Source: a bacterium (GTDB taxonomy: Bacteria; 4484-113; JAFGCY01). Taken from it: DNA of 64,000 bases. Each line of letters starts with the position of its first letter. Position 1 is the stretch's first letter. Below, piece after piece: positions 9,477-17,280 of the stretch. The DNA lies in the NCBI GenBank assembly GCA_016932385.1, contig JAFGCY010000095.1:59306-123305 (forward strand), written 5' to 3'. Below the pieces are notes generated by a model, which saw nothing but the letters and a program-made list of their open reading frames with translations, had not been told where the DNA came from and ran no database searches. Made by a program: the position numbers and the translations under genes.

Positions 9477-10238
9477 ATGGAAAGTCGGATCGCCCAGGCA
9501 ATTAACCTGGAGACTCAGCCGGTGGCGGTGCTACACACTAACGAGATGCCGGCGGGAGCTTTGCGCTTCAGTAAAGGTAAGTGGGGTTGCGTCGTCAGCA
9601 TGTTCGCCGCCGCCGCCCAGGGCCGGATCGTTGGCTTCGACAGCGAGACCCACGGCTGCAACATGGGTGGGGTGGGCTTATGTTTGCGTAACCGGGTCGT
9701 CGAGCCGCCGGGTGGCCTGGATTATTACTTAAGCCACGGGCGCGGTGACGGCTATCCCGCCGACGAGCGCTTTCCCGAAGGCGAGTACTACCTGAAAACG
9801 CCGCAACTGGCGCGCTCGTTCATCAGCGGCCTGCCGCTGTTTCAAATCGCGGAGCCCTACGTCGTGCTGATGCCGCTGATCGCGCTGCAACCTGAGCTGG
9901 ATATGCCGGTGATGGTAGCTATGTTTGTCGACGCCGACCAGCTGTCGGCGTTACACTTTTTGGCCAATTACGGGCGCGAGGGGATCGACAATGTGATCAT
10001 GCCCTGGGGAGCGGGCTGCCATACATTGAGTCTCTACCCGTACCAGGAAACCCTGCGCGAGGTGCCGCGCGCCGTTGTCGGCGGGTCCGACCTGTCCGCA
10101 CGGCCGTACTTCGACAAGCGCACACTCAGCTTCTCCGTGCCTTGGCGGATGTTCTTGGAGATGGAGGACAATGTACCCGGCAGTTTCCTGCAGCGCGATT
10201 CCTGGCAGAAGATTCTCGCCCGCCGCGCGCGGGGCTAG
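9477..10238 (+). CDS. Uncharacterised protein, probably DUF169 family.
   Basis: AGGAGG lies 8 nt before the ATG at 9477. The ~250 aa protein has conserved Cys/His-containing segments (KGKWGCVVSMF, HGCNMGG) reminiscent of DUF169. The assignment rests on memory of family features, not on a search. Confidence 0.45.
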   Translation: MESRIAQAINLETQPVAVLHTNEMPAGALRFSKGKWGCVVSMFAAAAQGRIVGFDSETHGCNMGGVGLCLRNRVVEPPGGLDYYLSHGRGDGYPADERFPEGEYYLKTPQLARSFISGLPLFQIAEPYVVLMPLIALQPELDMPVMVAMFVDADQLSALHFLANYGREGIDNVIMPWGAGCHTLSLYPYQETLREVPRAVVGGSDLSARPYFDKRTLSFSVPWRMFLEMEDNVPGSFLQRDSWQKILARRARG

Positions 10239-10258
10239 GCTAGCGCTACAATCACTGA

Positions 10259-11473
10259 ATGGAAAACGGGGGCGTGATCCGCACGCGCGAGAAGCTGGAG
10301 GAGCAGGAACGGCAGGTGCTGGCGCCGTATGCCGTGCTGAGCGGCACGGTCGGCGCCGACGGGCGCGAGCACAGTGAGGACCCGCCGCAGGACCGCACGC
10401 ACTTCCAGCGTGACTGGCACCGCATTACCCACAGCCGCGCCTTCCGCAAGCTGGAATACAAGACGCAGGTGATCGTCTTCGGCGAGGGCGGCGAGATGGG
10501 CGACGTGATCAGAAACCGCCTGACCCACACGCTGGAGGTCAGCCAGATCGCCACCAGCATCTGCCGCACGCTGGGGCTCAACGAGGACCTGGCCAACGCG
10601 ATCGCCCTGGCGCACGACCTGGGGCATACGCCCTTCGGCCACAGCGGCGAGTACAAGCTGCGCGAATTGGTCTCGAGCTTCAACCACAACGACCACAGCC
10701 TAAAGATCGTGCGCCAGCTGGAGCACCGCTATCCCGGTTTCGACGGGCTGAACCTGACCAAGCACACGCTGGCCGGCATCGAGAAGCACGACACGCCCTA
10801 CGACAAGACGCACAGCAATTACTTCTATCCGGACCAGGGCGCAAGCCTGGAGGCGCAGGTGGCCTCGATCGCCGACCAGATCGCCTACCGCAGCCACGAC
10901 GTCGAGGACTCGATCACCGCCGGTGTCCTGACGCTCGACGATTACCATCAGGCCGGCCTGCAGCTCTGGAACGAGGTCTGGTCCGAGATGGGCGAGATCA
11001 GCGATGCGCGCGTGCGCCTGCCGCAGGTGACGCGCCGGCTGATCAACCGCATGGTGACGGACGTGCTGGCCGAAATTGCGCGGCGCATTGCCGCCAACGG
11101 CATTCAGTCGGTGGACGATGTTTACACGGCGCGGGCCGTCCTGGCCGATTTCAGCGACGCCCTGAAGCCGCTCAACGACGCGCTGGGCGCGTTCCTCTAC
11201 GAGCATTTCTATTTCGACTACCGCGTGCGGCGCGGCACGGCCAAGGGGCAGATGATCATCGAGCGGCTGTTCCACCACTTCGCCGAACACTCCAAGCACG
11301 ACGTCAACCTGCTGCCGCCGGTCGAGGCCGCCGATTACGCCCAGGCCAGCCGGCAGGGCTTAGACCGCCTCGGCCGCGAGCCGCTTCGCGTGATCGTCGA
11401 CTACATCGCCGGCATGACCGACCGCGAGGCCTACAGCCTGTATGTAAAGCTGTTCGAGGTGGGGCACGGGTAG
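10259..11473 (+). CDS. dgt: dGTP triphosphohydrolase-like HD-domain protein.
   Basis: FQRDWHRITHSRAFRKLEYKTQV plus NRLTHTLEVSQIATSICRTLGLNEDLANAIALAHDLGHTPFGHSGE are the HD-domain Dgt signature blocks. Confidence 0.85.
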   Translation: MENGGVIRTREKLEEQERQVLAPYAVLSGTVGADGREHSEDPPQDRTHFQRDWHRITHSRAFRKLEYKTQVIVFGEGGEMGDVIRNRLTHTLEVSQIATSICRTLGLNEDLANAIALAHDLGHTPFGHSGEYKLRELVSSFNHNDHSLKIVRQLEHRYPGFDGLNLTKHTLAGIEKHDTPYDKTHSNYFYPDQGASLEAQVASIADQIAYRSHDVEDSITAGVLTLDDYHQAGLQLWNEVWSEMGEISDARVRLPQVTRRLINRMVTDVLAEIARRIAANGIQSVDDVYTARAVLADFSDALKPLNDALGAFLYEHFYFDYRVRRGTAKGQMIIERLFHHFAEHSKHDVNLLPPVEAADYAQASRQGLDRLGREPLRVIVDYIAGMTDREAYSLYVKLFEVGHG

Positions 11474-11498
11474 GCTTCACGTTAATGCTGATGAGGGA

Positions 11499-11520
11499 TG
11501 AGCTGCAGGGGCTGGTCTAA
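11499..11520 (+). terminator. Perfect 9-bp stem-loop immediately downstream of dgt (gggctggtc-taa-gaccagccc); no U-tract.
   Basis: Inverted repeat read directly. It lacks a T-run, so an intrinsic terminator is uncertain. Confidence 0.3.
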
Positions 11521-11553
11521 GACCAGCCCTGGAGCGGGTTGGCGGCGATGGAC

Positions 11554-11726
11554 AAGTTTAAGTAGTAAGTTTAAGTTTAAGAAGAAAGCCGATAGGCGTG
11601 TCAGCTATACCATGGGCTTCGTGTTGTACGGATCGGCTTTGAAACGGCGTCGGGGACGCCTTACACATAGAACTTATTGACTAGAAGCGAATCAACGCGC
11701 TGATACTTAAAACTTAAACTTAAACA
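11554..11726. repeat. Low-GC structured element of about 170 bp bounded by GTTTAAG-rich inverted repeats; candidate MITE-like element or structured ncRNA.
   Basis: aagtttaagtagtaagtttaagtttaag (11554-11583) is the reverse complement of cttaaaacttaaacttaaac (11707-11726). A nested perfect inverted repeat aaagccgat / atcggcttt and a small gcgtc-gggg-acgcc hairpin lie inside. GC content is far below the flanks. Confidence 0.35.
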
Positions 11727-11801
11727 GCCCGGGCGGAAGAGGCGATCGCACTTCGGAACAGGGATGCGGACGAGGGCGTCCGCGCTCCAAAAAAACGATG
11801 C

Positions 11802-12737
11802 TTACTCCGGGCGCCAGAAATCGAGCAGGTATTCGAACGTCACGCCCATCGTGATGTAGTTGCTGGGCCAGCCGAAGATGCCGATCCGGTTCACGATGTT
11901 CGTGCGGTCCCAGATGATGATGTTTCTCAGTTCATAGCCGCGCCGGCGCAGTTCCTCGATCACCGCCACGTGGATCGTGATGCGCTCGTTCTCCCACCAC
12001 ATGTCCGGCACGTTGACCACGCAGTGCCCCTTGGGGCGCAAGAGTGGCAGCAGCCCGGCGAAGATCCCGCCGATCTGCTCGGTGTAATCGTCCAGCGCCA
12101 GTGTGCCCAGATCGCGCGGGTCCTGGCTGTACTGCTCCACCTGGCCGAGCTGCTCGTTGTCGCGCCGGCGCCGCGACTTGTTCTTGCGCTGGCGGTTGAG
12201 CAGGTTGGCATAGGGCGGGCTGGTCCAGATCAGCGCCAGGCTGTCCTCGTCCAGATAACGCGAGATATTGCGCGCGTCGTCCGCCACGGCGACCTGCCGC
12301 GTCCCGGGATCCACCGGTTCACTGCCGTCCGGCCCGGTCGCGGCATCGGTCAGCCGCTGTTCGCTGAGCCGGATGTAGTCGGCGTTCAGGTCGAAGCCGG
12401 CGGCGTTGCGGCCGCAATCCCGCGCGGCGATCAGCGTTGTGCCGCTGCCGACGAACGGGTCGAGCACCAGCTCGCCGCGGTGGGTGAACAGCTCGATCAC
12501 CTGACGGGCCAGGCTGAGCGGGAAGGTCGCCGGATGCAGTTTTTTATCGCGGATATCGCGTTTCTCGTAATAGAACTCCCAGACGCCGACCTGGCGTTTG
12601 AGCCAATCCTTGGCGGTCAGGCAATTGAGGTGGCTGGGTTTGCAGTCGCAGGTGCGGAGGTTGGGCAGGAGCAGGGGTTGGCCGTGCCGAGCATCGCCGG
12701 CGTAAATGGCAACGGGCGGCCCACGATCTTCCAGCAT
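11802..12737 (-). CDS. Site-specific DNA methyltransferase (N4-cytosine or N6-adenine amino-MTase; SPPY catalytic motif), with no partner endonuclease visible.
   Basis: The AdoMet-binding block LDPFVGSGTTLIAARDCGRNAAGFDLN precedes the catalytic motif IWTSPPYANLL. An HPATFPLSLARQVIELFT block lies upstream of motif I. The order X-I-IV-then-C-terminal-region is a gamma-like arrangement. Confidence 0.8.
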   Translation of the reverse strand: MLEDRGPPVAIYAGDARHGQPLLLPNLRTCDCKPSHLNCLTAKDWLKRQVGVWEFYYEKRDIRDKKLHPATFPLSLARQVIELFTHRGELVLDPFVGSGTTLIAARDCGRNAAGFDLNADYIRLSEQRLTDAATGPDGSEPVDPGTRQVAVADDARNISRYLDEDSLALIWTSPPYANLLNRQRKNKSRRRRDNEQLGQVEQYSQDPRDLGTLALDDYTEQIGGIFAGLLPLLRPKGHCVVNVPDMWWENERITIHVAVIEELRRRGYELRNIIIWDRTNIVNRIGIFGWPSNYITMGVTFEYLLDFWRPE

Positions 12738-12803
12738 TGCGCTTGACTCAGCCAGTACGCGCCTCCTTTTGCGGAGCTGACCAATTCTAGCGCAGCCTGA
12801 CGG

Positions 12804-13217
12804 TTAAAGCGAGAACCGCTCGGGCAACAGCTCATCCAGATTCCAGGCGCCGACTTCCTTCTCCTGCATCGTTTCCGAGATGATCAGGCAGTTGTCGGCC
12901 GCGAACTCGGCGATCACCTGCAGGCAGGCGCCGCAGGGTACGATCGGCTGTTGGGTGTCGGCGATCACCGCCACCGCCTCCAGTTCGCCCGGCCGCATAC
13001 CGTCGGCGACGGCCGCAGCGATCGCGTTGCGTTCGGCACAAACCGTCAGCCCGTAGCTGGAGTTCTCAACGTTGGCGGCCGCGTACATGCGGCCGTCGAT
13101 GCGGCGTACCGCCGCCCCCACGGCGAAATTGGAATAAGGGCAATAGGCGTTGGTGCGAGCCTCCATCGCCTGAGCCAACAGTTGGCAGTCTTTGGGTTCA
13201 ACGTTTTCCGGACACAT
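12804..13217 (-). CDS. cdd: Cytidine deaminase (zinc-dependent CDA family).
   Basis: AYCPYSNFAVGAAV...CAERNAIAAAV...PCGACLQVIAEF carries the zinc ligands C-A-E and PCGxC typical of a homotetrameric Cdd; 137 aa. Confidence 0.85.
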   Translation of the reverse strand: MCPENVEPKDCQLLAQAMEARTNAYCPYSNFAVGAAVRRIDGRMYAAANVENSSYGLTVCAERNAIAAAVADGMRPGELEAVAVIADTQQPIVPCGACLQVIAEFAADNCLIISETMQEKEVGAWNLDELLPERFSL

Positions 13218-13289
13218 GTAAAACGAATCCCCTTATCGGTTCCTGGCTGCTATTACCCGTAGCAGTGCCGGGCTATTTTAGTCCCCGGG

Positions 13290-13895
13290 TTATTCTGCCG
13301 GTGGGCTGAATTCCCTGAGCAGTTCCTCCAATCGAACCCGGAAATCCGGGTTGGTCCAGGCCAGCCGGCCGACTTTCATCATGAACTGCATGAACTCCGG
13401 GTCCATGTTTGGCGGCACCTGCTGGAACATTTCGGCGACTTCGGGATTGAAGCCCGGCCTGGGCGCATCGGGCATCTCCGGCCACGGCATGCCGTGGCCG
13501 CCGAAGCGGTGCTCGCCCCAGCCCGGGAATGCCAGCGGCCGGCGCGGGAAACGTGCTTCGTCCGGCCCGTCGCGCTGCATGCCGCGTTGGCGCAGCAGGT
13601 CGACGAGCTGGTGGGCGATCTCGGTGCCGCCGTCATTCTCTTCCTTGTAGGTCAGGTCACCGACGTCGATGTTGAACACGATCTCGTCGATGTTAATCAC
13701 GGTGTTGCCCGTGCCGTCGACGATCGATGGTTCCAGCGTCTCGGCCTTGACGGTAATCTCGTCGCCCACGCTATCCAGCCAGGCGGAGAGCAGGTGCATC
13801 AGCATCCGGCCCCGCTCGGACTTGGCGCCGTCACCGGCGAACGCGGGTACGCTGATCATGAAAGACAACAGAATCGTTAGCCACAGAACACGCAT
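13290..13895 (-). CDS. Secreted hypothetical protein.
   Basis: Cleavable signal MRVLWLTILLSFMISVPAFA. No recognisable domain. It is divergent from the Cys-rich gene pair. Confidence 0.5.
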   Translation of the reverse strand: MRVLWLTILLSFMISVPAFAGDGAKSERGRMLMHLLSAWLDSVGDEITVKAETLEPSIVDGTGNTVINIDEIVFNIDVGDLTYKEENDGGTEIAHQLVDLLRQRGMQRDGPDEARFPRRPLAFPGWGEHRFGGHGMPWPEMPDAPRPGFNPEVAEMFQQVPPNMDPEFMQFMMKVGRLAWTNPDFRVRLEELLREFSPPAE

Positions 13896-14064
13896 TTTCT
13901 CACCTCGAATGGAGAAATCCGGCCAATCAACCTGGGTAGATTGTACCAGTCGGCAATTACCGGGACAGGGTCACTTAAATGTTGATAAAATGTGAATACT
14001 TGCTCATTGTCGCCTCTGGGTAGTATAATTGCGGGACCAAACAACAAACCCAGTGGAGGGTGGA

Positions 14065-14829
14065 ATGCGGAAGCTGATGATAGCCGCGCTGTTCGTGCTG
14101 GCGTTGGGGTGCTTCGCCGGGGCCAGTCTTGCCTATGCGGGCGACTGCTGTAAGCCGAAATGCAAGCAGGAAACCTGCACCAAGGAATGCAAGCCCAAGT
14201 GCAACCCCTGCAAGCCGAAATGCAATCCTTGCAAGCCGAAGTGCGATCCGTGCTGCAAGCCGAAGTGCGATCCGTGCTGCAAGCCGAAGTGCGATCCGTG
14301 CTGCAAGCCCAAGTGCGAGCCTTGCAAGCCCAAGTGCAAGTATGACCTGTGCAGTGATTGCAAGCCCAAGTGCAACCCCTGCAAGCCGAAGTGCAATCCG
14401 TGCAAGCCCAAGTGCGATGCATGCAAACCGTGCTGCAAGCCCAAGTGCAAGCCCTGCTGCGAAGGCAAGTGGGTGGGCGATTACAACGCCTGCTGCCCGC
14501 CGAAGGCTCCGCACGCGTGCTACACGGTCGATCCGTGCACGGTCGGCGCTTACAAGCACCCTTACGAGGCGTGCTGGGCCGGTGATGGCATGCTCTGCGA
14601 CACGGGCTGCTGCGGCACCTACCTGCCGTGCAAGACCAAGTGCATGACCTGCGAGACCATCTGCAAGTGCGTCGAGGTTTGCGATCCCTGCAACCCGTGC
14701 AAGTCGAAGGTCAAGTACGTCTATGAGACGGTCTGCCACGAGATCGAGCGCCCGACGGTGATCCCCTGGTGGTTCAACGAGCGTGGTGCCGGCAATATTT
14801 ACATCGAAGAAGAGAGCGCCGAGGAATAG
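14065..14829 (+). CDS. Secreted, extremely cysteine-rich repeat protein (CKPKC(D/N)PC repeats), resembling keratin-associated proteins or metallothioneins.
   Basis: GGAGGG RBS before the ATG at 14065. Signal peptide MRKLMIAALFVLALGCFAGASLAYA. It is followed by more than 20 near-identical C-K-P-K-C-(D/N/E)-P-C(C) units and then a C-rich tail (CYTVDPCTVG..CCGTYLPCKTKCMTCETICKC). A paralog lies immediately downstream. Confidence 0.7.
   Translation: MRKLMIAALFVLALGCFAGASLAYAGDCCKPKCKQETCTKECKPKCNPCKPKCNPCKPKCDPCCKPKCDPCCKPKCDPCCKPKCEPCKPKCKYDLCSDCKPKCNPCKPKCNPCKPKCDACKPCCKPKCKPCCEGKWVGDYNACCPPKAPHACYTVDPCTVGAYKHPYEACWAGDGMLCDTGCCGTYLPCKTKCMTCETICKCVEVCDPCNPCKSKVKYVYETVCHEIERPTVIPWWFNERGAGNIYIEEESAEE
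14143..14460 (+). repeat. Tandem 21/24-nt coding repeats (tgc(tgc)aagccgaagtgcgatccg and variants) encoding CKPKCDP(C) units.
   Basis: Three perfect consecutive copies of tgctgcaagccgaagtgcgatccg at about 14254-14325, flanked by diverged copies (aac/gat/gag third-position variants). Confidence 0.7.
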
Positions 14830-14903
14830 CCACCGCTGTCCTTGCGCATCGTAGTAGGGCTTAGGCCCGATAGTGTTACGATTTGTAAGCCCGGGAGGGT
14901 GAG

Positions 14904-15293
14904 ATGCGGAAACTGATGATCGCGAGTCTGCTGGCGGTGCTGTGCCTGGGATTCTGGACCGCGGCGTTCGCCGGGGATCGGGTTGAGTTCACGGGCAAGA
15001 CCTATGTCGGCTGGTCCGGCTGGCATGAGTATTCGACTTGGGAGTGCTGCAATCCGTGCTTCACGGCCTGCTACAAGTGCTGCAAGCCGAAGTGCGACCC
15101 TTGCTGCAAGCCGAAGTGCGAGCCCTGCTGCAAACCGTGCAAGCCCTGCTGCAAGCAGGAGATCTGCACGCCGGTTTGCTGCGAGCCCAAGCCGACGAAG
15201 TGCTGCCCCACGCCGGTCTGCGAATATCCCAACGCCTGCAAGGAAGGCGAGGGTGAGTTCGATCGCAACGGTGTCAGCCGCCAAGGCGCTTAA
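14904..15293 (+). CDS. Secreted cysteine-rich repeat protein, a shorter paralog of 14065..14829.
   Basis: RBS gggagggtgag precedes ATG. Signal peptide MRKLMIASLLAVLCLGFWTAAFA nearly matches the upstream paralog. It contains CCKPKCDPCCKPKCEPCCKPCKPCCKQEIC repeats. Confidence 0.7.
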   Translation: MRKLMIASLLAVLCLGFWTAAFAGDRVEFTGKTYVGWSGWHEYSTWECCNPCFTACYKCCKPKCDPCCKPKCEPCCKPCKPCCKQEICTPVCCEPKPTKCCPTPVCEYPNACKEGEGEFDRNGVSRQGA

Positions 15294-15310
15294 CTGACGA
15301 AAACACTGGG

Positions 15311-15347
15311 AAAACTGCCGGAGCCGTTCTGCGGTTCCGGCAGTTTT
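15311..15347. terminator. Bidirectional intrinsic-terminator-like hairpin between the convergent Cys-rich gene 2 and acyP.
   Basis: aaaactgccgga...tccggcagtttt is a perfect 12-bp stem with T-rich flanks on both strands. Confidence 0.5.
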
Positions 15348-15398
15348 GCGCTTATCGGGGACCGGGGGGAATTATCGCGACCGGCGGCCGGTGGATTG

Positions 15399-15716
15399 CT
15401 ACTTATGGGGGACGCGGTCACGCCAAGGGCTGGCGTGGCGAATCTCAAACGCCATGAATTGCTCGTTTGCTTTGAGCGGAGTAACGTTCACTTCATCCAC
15501 GCGTGACGCCGGCGGACCGTCACGCAGGAGCGTCAACAAGTCGCTGAGCACACCCGCGTCGGCGTGTTGGATCACCGCCTGGACGCTGCCGTCACGCTCG
15601 TTCTGCACCCAGCCCGTAACCCCCAAGCGCTTGGCGGCACTAACGGTATGCGCCCGGTAGTACACGCCCTGAACGCGCCCGATAATGCTGACGTGCCATG
15701 TGTTCAGAGGTGTCAT
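15399..15716 (-). CDS. acyP: Acylphosphatase.
   Basis: VSIIGRVQGVYYRAHTVSAAKRLGVTGWVQNERDGSVQAV carries the V-x-G-x-V-Q-G-V-x-F-R and GWVxNxxDGSV acylphosphatase signatures; about 100 aa. Confidence 0.8.
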   Translation of the reverse strand: MTPLNTWHVSIIGRVQGVYYRAHTVSAAKRLGVTGWVQNERDGSVQAVIQHADAGVLSDLLTLLRDGPPASRVDEVNVTPLKANEQFMAFEIRHASPWRDRVPHK

Positions 15717-15771
15717 GCCCGCGACCTATCAGATTATTACGCAAAGGCAGAGGGAATTACAACCGGATTGG

Positions 15772-17247
15772 CTAATTTAACCGATTAATCCAGGGCTTGA
15801 CCCGGCCCAGGACCGTCTCGCGCCCCAGGACCACCAGCAGGTCAAAGAAGCCGGGGCTGATCTTGTCGCCGGTCAGCGCGACCCGCCAGGGCTGCATCAC
15901 CTTGCCCTTGCCCAGGCCCAGGCGCTCGCACAGCGCGTCGACCGGCGGGGCCAGATGCTGCTCGTCCCACTCGTCTTCACTAAGCGCACTGAACTCGGCG
16001 AACAGGTCGCCGAGGATCGGACCGGCCTCGTCGTTGCTGGTCAGGAATTTCGCCACGGTTGCTTCGTTGTAATCGGTCTCCTGGGGATCGCGGAAAAAGT
16101 ACCAGGCGTTACCTTCGATCTCATTGAGGAAGGTCAGTTTCTCCTGGTACAACGCAACCACCCGTCCCGCGTATTCTTCGCCCCGAAATTCCAACCACTC
16201 GGCCGGCATGAACGGCTTGAGGCGCGCGAGCAACTCCGCCGGTGCCAGCGACCGGATGTACAGCCCGTTGAAGTGATGGAGCTTCTCGGGATTGAACGCG
16301 CCGGCGGCCTTGTTGATATCGGCGGGATTGAAGTAGTCGAGCATCTCCTGGCGCGTGAACAGTTCCTTGTTATCCTTGGGCGCCCAGCCGATCAGCAGGA
16401 GGAAGTTGACCATCGCCTCGGGCAGGATGCCCATCTCGCGGTAGGCGCCGACCTGCGTCGCGCCGTGGCGCTTGGATAGGCGCGCGCCGTCCATGCCGAC
16501 GATCAGCGGCGCATGGCCGAAAAGCGGCGGCGTGAGTCCCAGCGCGCGGTAGAGCATGATCTGCTTGGGGGTGTTGGAAATATGGTCCTCGCCGCGCAGC
16601 ACGTGCGTGATCCGCATGTCCGCGTCGTCGCAGGTCACGGCGAAGTTGTAGAGCGGCAGGCCGTTGCTTTTCACGAAGATGAAATCGCCGATCTCGTCGC
16701 TTTTGAAGCTGACGCGGCCGCGCACGACATCGTCCCAGGCCACCTCCTTACCGAGCGGGCACTTGAAGCGGATCGGCAGCTGGCCGCCGGCGGCCGCCAG
16801 CCTCGCCTGCTGCTCCTCCGGCGACAGGTCGCGGTAAGGGCTCAGGTTCTTTTTCTTGCCGTCGGCGTCGGTCATTTCCTCGGCCGTTGCCGGGCAATAG
16901 AACGCCTGGCCCTCGGCCAGCAACTGCTTGACCAGCTCCAGGTGGCGCTCGGCGCGCTTGCTTTGGAAGTACGGGCCGCAGTCGCCGATCGATTCGCCGA
17001 AGCGCGCCGGGTCCGCATCCGGACCCTCGTCCCAGTCGAGGCCCAGCCAGCGCAGGCCGTCGAGGATCTTTCTGGTGGATTCCTCGGTGCTGCGCAGTTC
17101 GTCGGTATCCTCGATGCGCAGGATGAACTGCCCGCCGGACTGCTTGGCCCAGAGCCAGTTGAACAGCGCCGTCCGCGCGCCGCCGGTATGCAGGTAACCG
17201 GTCGGCGACGGCGCAAAGCGTACGCGTATCGTGTCAGGGGTAGCCAT
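15772..17247 (-). CDS. gltX: Glutamyl-tRNA synthetase.
   Basis: The HIGH-region motif is PSPTGYLHTGGARTALFNWL. The KMSKS-like motif is LSKRHG. Length is 491 aa. Confidence 0.9.
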   Translation of the reverse strand: MATPDTIRVRFAPSPTGYLHTGGARTALFNWLWAKQSGGQFILRIEDTDELRSTEESTRKILDGLRWLGLDWDEGPDADPARFGESIGDCGPYFQSKRAERHLELVKQLLAEGQAFYCPATAEEMTDADGKKKNLSPYRDLSPEEQQARLAAAGGQLPIRFKCPLGKEVAWDDVVRGRVSFKSDEIGDFIFVKSNGLPLYNFAVTCDDADMRITHVLRGEDHISNTPKQIMLYRALGLTPPLFGHAPLIVGMDGARLSKRHGATQVGAYREMGILPEAMVNFLLLIGWAPKDNKELFTRQEMLDYFNPADINKAAGAFNPEKLHHFNGLYIRSLAPAELLARLKPFMPAEWLEFRGEEYAGRVVALYQEKLTFLNEIEGNAWYFFRDPQETDYNEATVAKFLTSNDEAGPILGDLFAEFSALSEDEWDEQHLAPPVDALCERLGLGKGKVMQPWRVALTGDKISPGFFDLLVVLGRETVLGRVKPWINRLN

Positions 17248-17280
17248 GCGCAGATTATAAGGGTTGCGCTCGATCAGCGC

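Noticed and set aside
11498-11680. 60-aa + ORF inside the low-GC intergenic element.
   Set aside because: It has no RBS and a composition dominated by the repeat sequence (KFKFKKK). It is more likely non-coding structured DNA/RNA.
11770-11800. Hairpin gcggacg-aggg-cgtccgc followed by AAAAAAA, as a possible terminator for the MTase gene.
   Set aside because: On the MTase (minus) strand the T-tract precedes the hairpin instead of following it. On the + strand it is followed by A's. It is not a canonical intrinsic terminator in either orientation, so it is kept only as part of the structured-element finding.
13975-14739. 254-aa minus-strand ORF (Ala/Leu/Arg-rich repeats) opposite the Cys-rich repeat gene.
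   Set aside because: It is the mirror image of the tandem TGCAAGCCGAAGTGC repeats. It lacks a signal peptide and RBS. The + strand genes have strong RBSs and signal peptides, and the second + strand paralog has no matching antisense ORF, so the + strand is coding.
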